Below are positions 18,609 through 27,817 of a DNA stretch of 64,000 nucleotides, piece by piece. The position numbers were made by a program, and so were the translations under genes. The stretch is from Sulfurovum sp. UBA4779. GTDB taxonomy: Bacteria > Campylobacterota > Campylobacteria > Campylobacterales > Sulfurovaceae. The DNA is taken from the NCBI GenBank assembly GCA_002403155.1, contig DHHF01000009.1:28200-92199 (forward strand), in the 5' to 3' direction. Within the stretch, counting starts at the first letter, position 1. Every line of letters starts with the position of its first letter. The notes beneath the pieces were generated by a model. That model was not told the origin of the DNA. It did no database searches and saw only the letters and a list, made by a program, of their open reading frames with translations.

Positions 18609-19268
18609 TCAATTGATGAGTTTTGAGCGGGACAATGCCTCTTCGATCTCTTCTTTTTTGATATCCCCCGTTAATTCAAGTTTGATGAGTTCGTTTTCCT
18701 CTATCACCTGCATTGCATGAATCTTTTTTTTGGTTTCATCTTTCATGCACTCACATTTGCCTGCAGTGCAGTTTTGCATCATTCGTTCAACCTTGTCTTT
18801 TGATATAGTGCCGCTGAAAGAGATTTTGACGCCGTTATGCAGCTGCTTAACCTCTTGTTTGATATGCAACGCGAAAAACTCTTTTATTTTGGGCAGCAGC
18901 GTTTTTTCTATCTCTTCGTAAGTTTGTTCAAACGCCTCATACCCCTTTCCGTCAGGATCCCTAAACCCCACGTGGATTTTGGGTATGGGCTTTGGAAACA
19001 CAGGGCAGGTCTCGTGGGCATGGTCGCATACGGTCATTACCAAATCAAACGTTTCATCCATCACTTCATCGATGGTTTTGCTATGATACTCCTCTTTCCA
19101 AATGCCTTTTTCTTTCAAAAGTTTTTTCGCATGAGGATTTACTTTGCCGCCGGCTCTCACTCCGCTGCTTTTAGCTTCCACGCCTTCGACTTTCGCGTTG
19201 ATCAACGCTTCTGCCATAATGCTTCGACAGCTGTTTCCCGTACATAAAACCAATACTTTTTTGTTCAT
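18609..19268 (-). CDS. arsC: Arsenate reductase ArsC (thioredoxin-coupled, LMW-PTP fold) fused to a ~85-aa Cys-containing domain
   Basis: P-loop CTGNSCRS; resolving pair TVCDHAHETCP; FRDPDG; extra C-terminus with NCTAGKCECM. Confidence 0.9.
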   Translation of the reverse strand: MNKKVLVLCTGNSCRSIMAEALINAKVEGVEAKSSGVRAGGKVNPHAKKLLKEKGIWKEEYHSKTIDEVMDETFDLVMTVCDHAHETCPVFPKPIPKIHVGFRDPDGKGYEAFEQTYEEIEKTLLPKIKEFFALHIKQEVKQLHNGVKISFSGTISKDKVERMMQNCTAGKCECMKDETKKKIHAMQVIEENELIKLELTGDIKKEEIEEALSRSKLIN

Positions 19269-19284
19269 TTTCTTCTCCTTTTGA

Positions 19285-20538
19285 TTAAACCAATGTCAAT
19301 AAAACGATCAACAACACCGGCGGTGTTACCATGAGGCCGAATTTGGTATATTGCCAAAATCCTATTTTTACTCCTTTTTTAGATAAAACATGGAGCCATA
19401 ATAGCGTAGCCAGGCTACCAAACGGTGTCATTTTCGGCCCCAGGTTGCATCCTATGATATTGGCATAGGCCAATGTTTTATCGGGTATATCCTGCAGCGC
19501 GATATCCATGATCATAACGGTGGGCATATTGTTCATGACCGCACTTAAAATTGCCGACAAAAAACCTGTACCGATTATCGCCGCAGTATCGCCTCTTTGG
19601 GCCAGCTCATTCACTATGGCCGTCAGATAATCCGTCAGTCCTGCATTTTTTAGCCCATACACGACGATATACAGCCCGATCGAAAACCAAACCACCTGCC
19701 AAGGGGCCGTTTTGATCGTAAGCCAAGCTTTTGCACTTTTTGCATAACTTGCGATCATTAAAAATATAAAACCGCCGCCAAGGGCAAAAAGCGAAACCGG
19801 CAAATCGTATCGGTCCCCGATAAAATACCCTGCCAAAAGTAGTGCAAGAAATACCCAGGAAAACCTAAAGAGCGTTTTGTTTTTCAATACCTCATCCGGA
19901 TTTTTAAGCAAATTGATATCCACCTGTTTGGGGATATCTTTTCTCAAAATCAGCCACAGTACGACGATAGAGGCTATCACGCTGATGATAAACGGTAAAA
20001 ACATCATTTGAAGATAGGTCACAAATCCGATATCAAAATAATTTGCCGTTACGATATTGGTCAGATTGGAAAACACAAACGGCAGCGAGGCGCTGTCGCT
20101 TATAAAGCCGCCTGCAAGCAAAAAAACAACAATCGTTTTAAAATTGAGCTGCAAAATTCTCATTTTTGCAAGCAAAATAGGCGTCAGGATAAGTGCTGCG
20201 CCGTCATTTGCAAAAAGCGCCGATACGAAACTGCCCAGCAAAAGTGCATAGACAAACATCAAATGCCCATTGCCGCGGCTTAATTTTGCCATTTTGATAG
20301 CGCACCATTCGAAAAACCCTATCTCGTCAAGCACCATTGAAAGAATGATAATCCCGATAAAAGCCAATGTAGCATCCCACACAATGTCAGTCACCGTAAG
20401 CACGTCATTGAAGCTTACCGTACCGATCGCCAAAGATACGATTGCGCCTGCTATTGCAATCGTTCCTATTTGCAAACCTTTTGGCTGCCAAATCACAAAA
20501 AACAAAGTAACCAAAAATACAAAACCGGCCGTTATCAT
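19285..20538 (-). CDS. arsB: Arsenite efflux pump ArsB
   Basis: VWDATLAFIGIIILS, ALFANDGAALILTPI, NNMPTVM, ANIIGCNLGPKMTPFGSLATLLW. Confidence 0.95.
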   Translation of the reverse strand: MITAGFVFLVTLFFVIWQPKGLQIGTIAIAGAIVSLAIGTVSFNDVLTVTDIVWDATLAFIGIIILSMVLDEIGFFEWCAIKMAKLSRGNGHLMFVYALLLGSFVSALFANDGAALILTPILLAKMRILQLNFKTIVVFLLAGGFISDSASLPFVFSNLTNIVTANYFDIGFVTYLQMMFLPFIISVIASIVVLWLILRKDIPKQVDINLLKNPDEVLKNKTLFRFSWVFLALLLAGYFIGDRYDLPVSLFALGGGFIFLMIASYAKSAKAWLTIKTAPWQVVWFSIGLYIVVYGLKNAGLTDYLTAIVNELAQRGDTAAIIGTGFLSAILSAVMNNMPTVMIMDIALQDIPDKTLAYANIIGCNLGPKMTPFGSLATLLWLHVLSKKGVKIGFWQYTKFGLMVTPPVLLIVLLTLV

Positions 20539-20843
20539 AGATTGCAGCCTTTTTTTAATGGCGGTATCTCCATCTTTAGAACGCTTATCTCTTTAAGGAT
20601 AGACTGCCTGAAGGCATCCAGAGGGCTTCGGACACTATAGTAGGCCCACCGCCCGCTTCTGTCCACCCTTAAAAACCCTGCCTCTTTGAGTATCTTCAGA
20701 TGTCTTGAAACACGTGACTGCACCATCCCAAACGAAGTCTCAACGTCACACACGCAAACTTTGCCGTTTATCGCTATAAAATGCAAAAGCCGCAGCCGTG
20801 TCTCATCATTGAGGGCGCCTATCGTTTTTAAAAATATTTCCAT
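20535..20843 (-). CDS. arsR: ArsR-family repressor
   Basis: ALNDETRLRLL, KVCVCDV, QSRVSRHLKILKEAG, RWAYY; C-terminal GC. Confidence 0.92.
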   Translation of the reverse strand: MEIFLKTIGALNDETRLRLLHFIAINGKVCVCDVETSFGMVQSRVSRHLKILKEAGFLRVDRSGRWAYYSVRSPLDAFRQSILKEISVLKMEIPPLKKGCNL

Positions 20844-20885
20844 ACCGTACCCCTTCATGTTAACGAATAATACCATAAAATATTT

Positions 20886-20909
20886 ATATATCAAGATATA
20901 TTGATATAT
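20886..20909. promoter_or_regulatory. ArsR operator (9-6-9 perfect inverted repeat)
   Basis: ATATATCAA-gatata-TTGATATAT, ~45 nt upstream of the arsR start. Confidence 0.7.
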
Positions 20910-20971
20910 TTATTTGGCTTTTTTGCTTTAACAGTATGGTTCGTTCATTTTTTCGATTTGACAGATGAATT

Positions 20972-21008
20972 TTTATAAAATCTTTATATTTTTGATGCAA
21001 TCTTGATA
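20972..21008 (+). promoter_or_regulatory. Four hexamers (TTTATA/TTTATA/TTGATG/TTGATA) spaced 9-11 bp apart, upstream of TATAAT at 21030; candidate KdpE (OmpR-type) boxes
   Basis: Hexamers start at 20972, 20983, 20992 and 21003. Confidence 0.4.
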
Positions 21009-21135
21009 TTTTATTTATCTATTAAAACCTATAATGAGTATTATAAAATCAATCTATTTAAAAGAAAAAAATGAGTGGTTGGGCAAAGGATATATCAAAT
21101 GTTTAGCGTGCGAAGTAAAGGAGTATAGTATTTTT

Positions 21136-22161
21136 ATGAAACCTGATCTTTTTTATACTTACCGATATCTCTTCAATTCTATTTTAATTTTGATTTTCAT
21201 CACGTTTATAAGCCATATTTTCAGGGCATATTTAGACATTATCAATATAGCGCTTATCCATATTATTCCTGTGGCAATTGTTTCGATGCACGGCAATATG
21301 AAATCGACTGTTTTTATCACGTTAATCAGCGTAATATGTTTTAATTTTTTATATATTCCTCCGCTATACAGCTTTAGTGTTCATAATGAACTTTATATAT
21401 GGAGTTTTTTTATTTTTGGGATTGTAGGCTGGATTATTACCTATCAAGCAAAAAATCTTAGTGCCCAAAAAAGACAAAACGAACTAAGAGAGTCTTTGCT
21501 GCATATCATCTCTCATGACCTAAGAACTCCTCTGGCAACAATGCACGGAACCGTCAATCTTATCCTTGCCAACCCGGAACTGAACAAAGAAAAAACAATG
21601 ACGCTTTTAGAAGATATCAACTATGCTTCTTTGAGAATGAAACGGCTTATTACAAATCTATTTGACAGCGCAAGGTTTTCAAATAAAGAAATGGTTTTAA
21701 AACTGCAATGGTGCGATTTTGAAGACATGATCGGAGTTGCCTTGCAGGAATTTTCTCAAAAACAAACCGATGACATCTTAAAAATGGACATTCAAAATAT
21801 CGAGCTTTTCTGGGGAGACAATATGCTGCTGACACAGCTTCTTGTCAACCTGTTGGACAATGCTTTAAAATATGCCACGCCCGGTACTGATATCTTTCTT
21901 AAAATTGAATCGCTTGAAAATACAATGACTTTAAGTATTTTTAACAAAAGCGATCATCTTGACAAAAAGAAACTTAAAAATATTTTTGATAAATTTTATC
22001 GTCTTGAAGATACAAATGATATCTCAGGAAGCGGCATCGGTTTGGCTTTGTGCAAAAGTATCGTAACGCTTCATGGAGGAACCATTAAAGCCGAGACAGC
22101 TGACGGCGGCATGCAGATAGATATAGAATTACCGATCATCAAAAAAGCAGGATTGCTATGA
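21136..22161 (+). CDS. kdpD: KdpD-like sensor histidine kinase, minimal form (DUF4118 TM domain + HisKA + HATPase only)
   Basis: 4-TM block FNFLYIPPLYSF; ISHDLRTPL; NLLDNALKY; GSGIGLALCKSIV. The track ATG at 21034 overlaps the -10 box, so the start is placed at 21136. Confidence 0.75.
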   Translation: MKPDLFYTYRYLFNSILILIFITFISHIFRAYLDIINIALIHIIPVAIVSMHGNMKSTVFITLISVICFNFLYIPPLYSFSVHNELYIWSFFIFGIVGWIITYQAKNLSAQKRQNELRESLLHIISHDLRTPLATMHGTVNLILANPELNKEKTMTLLEDINYASLRMKRLITNLFDSARFSNKEMVLKLQWCDFEDMIGVALQEFSQKQTDDILKMDIQNIELFWGDNMLLTQLLVNLLDNALKYATPGTDIFLKIESLENTMTLSIFNKSDHLDKKKLKNIFDKFYRLEDTNDISGSGIGLALCKSIVTLHGGTIKAETADGGMQIDIELPIIKKAGLL

Positions 22162-22841
22162 AAAAGATATTGATAGTAGAAGATGATCCATCGGTAAAAA
22201 AACTTTTAGAGATTACTTTTAAAGAATACGGTTTTGATTTTTTCTCCTGTGAAAGCAAAAAGAGTGCTTTGGCACTCTTTTTAAGTCAAAATCCAAACCT
22301 TGTAGTCATAGATTTGGGGTTGCCGGATGGAGACGGAAAAGATCTTATTAAAGATTTAAGGGCAATCTCTAAGGTGCCTCTTATTGTAGTAACTGCAAGA
22401 CATGACGAAAAAGAGATAGTGGCTTCTTTGGACAACGGTGCAGATGATTATATCACAAAACCATTTTCCATCAATGAATTGATTGCAAGAATCAGGGCAA
22501 ACCTGAGAAGAACGGCGGGCAAAGAAAACATAAAAGAAAAAATTATTTGCGGGGAATTAAAACTCGATCTTCCTTCAAGAAATATATCTTTTAAAGAAGA
22601 AATGCTCAAGCTCACCCCTATAGAGTATGAACTCTTAAAATATTTTTTGCTCAATGCTAACAAAACGCTCACCCATAAACAAATTTTAAAAGAGGTTTGG
22701 GGCACAGGATATCAAAACGAAATGCAATATTTGCGAACTTATGTCAACACTCTAAGGAAAAAAATAGAAAAAAACAGCACAAGGCCAAACTATATTAAAA
22801 CAGAATCCGGTATCGGATATAGATTTTGCTGCGATAGCTAA
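22158..22841 (+). CDS. kdpE: KdpE-like OmpR-family response regulator
   Basis: DLGLPDGDG, KLTPIEYELL, TLTHKQILKEVWG, YLRTYVNTLRKKIE, TESGIGYRF. Confidence 0.88.
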   Translation: MKKILIVEDDPSVKKLLEITFKEYGFDFFSCESKKSALALFLSQNPNLVVIDLGLPDGDGKDLIKDLRAISKVPLIVVTARHDEKEIVASLDNGADDYITKPFSINELIARIRANLRRTAGKENIKEKIICGELKLDLPSRNISFKEEMLKLTPIEYELLKYFLLNANKTLTHKQILKEVWGTGYQNEMQYLRTYVNTLRKKIEKNSTRPNYIKTESGIGYRFCCDS

Positions 22842-22849
22842 GGAATTGT

Positions 22850-24178
22850 ATGCAAACACAAGATGTGAAAATCATTTTTTTGAGTTTTGTTATCCTCATT
22901 GGCATAGGAACTTTTTTGCTGATGCTTCCTTTTTCCAATAACGGCGAACTCACTATCATAGACGCTCTTTTTACCGCAACATCGGCAGTTTGCGTAACAG
23001 GGCTTATCGTCAAAGACACGCTTGTTGATTTTACAAGCTTTGGGCATATCGTCATCCTCTCTCTCATACAAATTGGTGGTTTGGGCTATATGACGGCGGT
23101 TACCTTTTTGGCAATTATGCGTCGCAAAAAGCTCGGATACCGTGACCGCCTTATCCTCAAAGAGTCACTCAACTATCCAGGGATGAGCGGGATTTTTCGC
23201 TTTTTGAAAATTGTTTTTGCAAGCATCATCATCATTGAGCTCACTGGTGCTCTTATTTTAACCTTGCGTTTTTGGGTTGATATGCCATTTGCTCAAGCAT
23301 CATGGTTTGGATTCTTTCACTCCATCTCCGCATTTAACAATGCAGGATTTTCTCTCTTTAGCGACAACATGATGGGATTTAGAGATGATTTGGTTATCAA
23401 CCTTACCATTCCTCTGCTCATAATCCTCGGCGGCTTGGGCTATCTCGTGCTTTTAGAACTCTACAACTACCGCAAAAAGTCGCTCACGCGCCTCTCTACA
23501 CATACAAAGCTTGTTTTATGGACATCGACTATTTTGATTGTTGCAGGGATGGCTATCATCCTCTCACTGGAGTGGAACAACCCAAACTCTCTTGGAAATA
23601 TGCCCTTTGGAGAAAAAATCGCTGCGGCATGGTTTGCATCGGTCAACTACCGCACCGCAGGATTCAATACGATAGATTTTTCCACGCTCAACGACTCTGA
23701 CCTCTTTTTTGGCACTGTTTTTATGGTTATCGGCGGCAGTCCGGGCGGAACAGCAGGCGGTATTAAAACCATGGTTCTCGCACTTGCTGTCATAGGTGTT
23801 TGGTACACTCTTCGCGGTCAAAACAACCCGCATATATTTCACCGAAGTTTAATTCCCTACCAGATCAACAAAGCCTATGCGATTATCTTTGTCGCCTCTT
23901 TTTATATCCTCATTTCAACGGTTATTTTAAATGAGAGTGAACATCTTCACTTTGTCAGAACGCTCTTTGAAACATGCTCGGCATTTGCAACGGTAGGGAT
24001 ATCAACGGGCAACGGCGGAGTGCTAAGCTACAGCGCACTCTTTAGCGATGTAGGAAAACTCAATATCATCCTGCTTATGCTCATGGGCAGGATAGGTGTT
24101 TTTGCATTTACGATAGTGATCGTAGGAAAAGCGGTGCAAACCCGTATCAAATACGCAGAAGGAAAGGTGATTATATGA
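22850..24178 (+). CDS. ktrB: Ktr/Trk K+ uptake membrane subunit (KtrB/TrkH)
   Basis: FTATSAVCVTGL, SAFNNAGFSL, RTAGFNT, SAFATVGIS pore motifs. Confidence 0.93.
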   Translation: MQTQDVKIIFLSFVILIGIGTFLLMLPFSNNGELTIIDALFTATSAVCVTGLIVKDTLVDFTSFGHIVILSLIQIGGLGYMTAVTFLAIMRRKKLGYRDRLILKESLNYPGMSGIFRFLKIVFASIIIIELTGALILTLRFWVDMPFAQASWFGFFHSISAFNNAGFSLFSDNMMGFRDDLVINLTIPLLIILGGLGYLVLLELYNYRKKSLTRLSTHTKLVLWTSTILIVAGMAIILSLEWNNPNSLGNMPFGEKIAAAWFASVNYRTAGFNTIDFSTLNDSDLFFGTVFMVIGGSPGGTAGGIKTMVLALAVIGVWYTLRGQNNPHIFHRSLIPYQINKAYAIIFVASFYILISTVILNESEHLHFVRTLFETCSAFATVGISTGNGGVLSYSALFSDVGKLNIILLMLMGRIGVFAFTIVIVGKAVQTRIKYAEGKVII

Positions 24179-24822
24179 CATATGTCGTTATTGGATTAGG
24201 AAAATTCGGATACCACGTAGCTAAAGGGCTTTCACAACAAGGAGCGGCGGTTATCGCCATAGATCATGATGAGGAGAAGGTGAGAGATATAAGTGAGTTT
24301 GTTCAAGACGCAATCGTTCTTGACTCATCAGACCCAAAGGCACTTTATGAAGCAGGCATAGCAGACGCCGAGATGGCAATAGTGAGCATCGGAGAGAATC
24401 TTGAAGCAAGTATTCTTACCGTTATGGCACTCAAAGAGCTAGGTATAAAAACTGTGGTAGCAAAAGCCATTACGCAAGTTCACGGTCAAATATTATCAAA
24501 ACTAGGTGCCGCTAAAGTAATCTATCCGGAGATGGAATCAGCGAAAAAACTGGTCAAAAAAATCGTTAAAAATATGCACTACGAAACTATCGATCTCTCT
24601 ATTACCATGAAACTTGCAAAGATGGTTGTCCCTACTTTTTGGGTTGGAACTTCTATACTATCGCCGGTATTTAAAGAGGAGTTCGAGGTCAAACCCATCG
24701 CCTACAAACATCAAGGCGAATGGCACACCTCTTTTGAGAAAAACGATATTCTTGAAGCAGGCGACATCTTGGTAGTTCTTGGCAACAGCAACAATATTGA
24801 GTCACTGAGCAAAAAGGTTTGA
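24175..24822 (+). CDS. ktrA: Ktr/Trk RCK regulatory subunit (KtrA/TrkA)
   Basis: VIGLGKFG, IGENLEASIL, VIYPEMESA, TrkA-C tail GDILVVLG. Confidence 0.92.
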   Translation: MTYVVIGLGKFGYHVAKGLSQQGAAVIAIDHDEEKVRDISEFVQDAIVLDSSDPKALYEAGIADAEMAIVSIGENLEASILTVMALKELGIKTVVAKAITQVHGQILSKLGAAKVIYPEMESAKKLVKKIVKNMHYETIDLSITMKLAKMVVPTFWVGTSILSPVFKEEFEVKPIAYKHQGEWHTSFEKNDILEAGDILVVLGNSNNIESLSKKV

Positions 24823-25047
24823 AGGGCAAAAGATCAACTCTAAACTTTATTGAACACTTCGGATGGATTCTACGTAAACATAGTACATCGACATAGATAA
24901 TACTTAATAAAGTCCCAGCAAATGATATGTTTGCATTTTTAGGCAACGCTGAAACGATAGAAAAATTTTATCATACACTAACATCTTAGCTGCAGTTGCT
25001 GTATTACAATAATTTATTCGATTTTTGCTAAATAAATAGGATTTAAA

Positions 25048-25133
25048 TGGTGCGGTCGGCGGGATTTGAACCCGCACATCCGTAGGACACTACCCCCTCA
25101 AGATAGCGTGTCTACCAATTCCACCACGACCGC
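25048..25133 (-). tRNA. tRNA-Leu (GAG), CCA encoded
   Basis: GCGGTCG acceptor stem; D-loop GGAATTGGTAGACAC; anticodon stem CTATC-TTGAGGG-GGTAG; long variable arm; GGGTTCAAATCCC; ends ACCA. Confidence 0.96.
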
Positions 25134-25157
25134 GTAGAATAATGAAGTTTGATAAAA

Positions 25158-25184
25158 CTTGTGACGGAATTGTACCGCCACAAG
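25158..25184 (-). terminator. Hairpin after atpE
   Basis: CTTGTGGCGG-tacaatt-CCGTCACAAG followed by TTTT. Confidence 0.6.
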
Positions 25185-25202
25185 CCTTAAAATTTCTTTA
25201 GA

Positions 25203-25508
25203 TTAACCGATGAACGGGTTAGCATAAAGAGCGATAAGTGCGATAACAAGCGTATAGATAACTTGCGCTTCGATCATCGCCAAGGCAATGAACATTGTTG
25301 TCATCAATTTACCGCCAAGACCTGGGTTTCTAGCAGTACCGGCGATTGTAGCAGCAGCAGTCGTACCCATACCAACAGCACCACCCAATGCAGCAAGACC
25401 AAGACCGACACCAGCAGCGACTACTGAGTATGCTTGAACCATAGATTCACCTTCACCTGCAAACGCAGCTGCACCAAGTGCCAAGAAAAGCAAGAAAAAC
25501 TTTTTCAT
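25203..25508 (-). CDS. atpE: F0F1 ATP synthase subunit c (with N-terminal extension)
   Basis: GLAALGGAVGMG, ARNP loop, AMIEAQVIY; start MKKFF with SD GAAGG. Confidence 0.95.
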   Translation of the reverse strand: MKKFFLLFLALGAAAFAGEGESMVQAYSVVAAGVGLGLAALGGAVGMGTTAAATIAGTARNPGLGGKLMTTMFIALAMIEAQVIYTLVIALIALYANPFIG

Positions 25509-25633
25509 ATTTATTCCTTCAATTAAATAGGTTTTAAGTCTCTTTGGACTGTCTTTCAAAGTCTGTTCGGCTTGCGTATCCCTACTTATCACTTTGTATC
25601 AACGGCGCGATTATAGCATAAATAAAATTAAAT

Positions 25634-27769
25634 TTATGCTAAATACTCCGGTGTTGCCAATTCTACTTTTTTGCCTTTTTGCTCCATTACCACAACCGTA
25701 ATCTCTTCGCCTTCGCGGTAACGCTCTGCAAGATTGTCAACATGCCCTTTTGCGACTTTTGAGATATGAAGCAGCGCATCAAATCCATCAGGCATTTCCA
25801 CAAAAAGGCCAAAATCCACTATCTTTTTGATCTTGCCTTTGTAGCTTTCTCCTACTTTGTATTCCATCTGTTTTTTCACCGGCGCAGAAGCAATGGCTTC
25901 GATATGTACTTTGGCTGCTTTGACTTTTTCTTTGTCTCCCCCGGATATTTTAACCCCGCCTGCTTCACGGTCCAAATCAACGGTTACTTCAAATTTTTCG
26001 ATAATTTCTCTTATGGTCGCCCCTGCTTTGCCTATGATGTCAACTATCTTGCCGGGGTGAACACTGAAGTGCTCAACACTTGGAAGTGCTCCGCTGGATA
26101 CAATAGTCTGCTCAGCCTTTTCCATAAGATCAAGAATATGATTTTTGCCTTTGCCTGCTTGCAAGAGCGCTGCTCTTAATATATCCAGATCAATGCCTCC
26201 CAGCTTGATATCCATCTGAAGCGCCGTAATGCCGTTTTTTGTTCCCCCTACTTTGAAATCCATATCGCCGTCATGGTCTTCAAGCCCCATGATATCTGAA
26301 AGTATCGCATACCTGTTGCCTTCTTTGACCAACCCCATCGCTATGCCGGCTACCAGATCAACCATCTCTACATCTGCACCCCGCAATGCCAAGCTTCCGC
26401 CGCATATTGTTGCCATAGACGATGAACCGTTGCTCTCTAAAATTTCAGAAACCAAACGGATCGTGCCGTCATAATGCAGATCTATGGCAGGCTCCAAAGC
26501 TCTTTTCCCGAGATTCCCGTGCCCAAGTTCTCTTCTTCCCGGAGCCCCGATCGGTTTTGCCTCCCCTACGCAAAAACCGGGAAAATTATAATGCACCATA
26601 AAGTTTTCCAGCTGGGCTGTTTTATCTGTGATAAGCTCATACATCTGTGCATCTTTTTTGTCTCCCAGTGTTGCAGTTACCAGTGCCTGTGTTTGTCCTC
26701 GTGTAAAAAGGCATGAGCCGTGCACGGAAGGCAAAATATTGGTTTCAATGCTGATCGTTCTCACTTCATCCAACGATCTTCCGTCTGCTCGTATATTTTT
26801 ATCAAGAATCATGGATCTTACGACGCTTTTTTTGAAACGCTCAAGCACTTTGGCAACAAGCTCTTTCTCAACTTCCTTTCCTTCGTTTTCCATCGCTTCC
26901 AAGATGGCGGCACGAACCTTTTTAAGCTCTATGGACCTTTCGCTTTTCGCCATATGCGAAATGGCTTTCTCTACCTCCTGGGCATAATTTTTTTCGATAT
27001 AGCCATAAAGCTCTTGGTCTATTTTTTCTTCTTTAATTTCAAGCGCTAGCGGCTCTTTGGCCAAAGGTTCAAATGCTTTGGTGTATGTCTGTGAGGCTTG
27101 CTTTATATGCTCGCTGGCGATTGCGATCACCTCTACTAGCGCATCCTCGTCAAGTTCATTGCAGTATTGCACCCCGTTTTCTTTGGAAGGCAGCGATCTC
27201 ATCTCAATCATTAAAATATCTTTGCCGCTCCCCACCACCAAAAGATCAAGCGTTGTTTTGGTTTGCGCGCTCAATGAAGGATTGATCACCAACTCTTTGT
27301 TTATTTTTCCTACCCTTACGGCTGCAATACTTTGGCTCACCGGTATATCGGAAACAAAAAGCGCCGCATTTGCCGCATGAAGCGCAGCGATTTGCATATC
27401 CACATCAGGATCGCTGCTTACCACCATGATCGTAATCGTAACGGGATAGTAAAAACCATCAGGGAACAACGGACGCAAAGAACGGTCAACGATGCGCGAC
27501 GTGAGTGTTTCAAAATCTCCTGGTTTTGTTTCTCTTTTTACAAATCCTCCGGGGATTTTTGCCGCTGCATAGGATTTTTCCAGATACTGAACCGTAAGAG
27601 GCAAAAAATCTTCCTCAACGCTTTTTTCATCGATTGCAACCGCCGCAATCAATACAGCCTTTCCCTGCCTGTACCATACGGCACCGCTGGCTTGTTTTGC
27701 CACTTTGTCAAACTCGTACTTTTCGTTAAGATGATTAATCCCCAACTCTACAATTTTCTCGCTACTCAT
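25634..27769 (-). CDS. pnp: Polyribonucleotide nucleotidyltransferase (PNPase)
   Basis: AKQASGAV, DFLPLTVQY, RRELGHG, ESNGSSSMA, EDHDGDMDFKV, KH and S1 domains. Confidence 0.97.
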   Translation of the reverse strand: MSSEKIVELGINHLNEKYEFDKVAKQASGAVWYRQGKAVLIAAVAIDEKSVEEDFLPLTVQYLEKSYAAAKIPGGFVKRETKPGDFETLTSRIVDRSLRPLFPDGFYYPVTITIMVVSSDPDVDMQIAALHAANAALFVSDIPVSQSIAAVRVGKINKELVINPSLSAQTKTTLDLLVVGSGKDILMIEMRSLPSKENGVQYCNELDEDALVEVIAIASEHIKQASQTYTKAFEPLAKEPLALEIKEEKIDQELYGYIEKNYAQEVEKAISHMAKSERSIELKKVRAAILEAMENEGKEVEKELVAKVLERFKKSVVRSMILDKNIRADGRSLDEVRTISIETNILPSVHGSCLFTRGQTQALVTATLGDKKDAQMYELITDKTAQLENFMVHYNFPGFCVGEAKPIGAPGRRELGHGNLGKRALEPAIDLHYDGTIRLVSEILESNGSSSMATICGGSLALRGADVEMVDLVAGIAMGLVKEGNRYAILSDIMGLEDHDGDMDFKVGGTKNGITALQMDIKLGGIDLDILRAALLQAGKGKNHILDLMEKAEQTIVSSGALPSVEHFSVHPGKIVDIIGKAGATIREIIEKFEVTVDLDREAGGVKISGGDKEKVKAAKVHIEAIASAPVKKQMEYKVGESYKGKIKKIVDFGLFVEMPDGFDALLHISKVAKGHVDNLAERYREGEEITVVVMEQKGKKVELATPEYLA

Positions 27770-27817
27770 CTATTTTTATATCCTTTTTTAATTTTTTCCT
27801 TAGGGTGTCGGAAGCGT

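Noticed and set aside
25203-25508. atpE isolated from the atp operon, with an N-terminal extension; possible Na+-type c-ring
   Set aside because: Both traits are typical of Campylobacterota; the Na+ signature (Gln…Glu-Ser/Thr) is absent (IEAQ)
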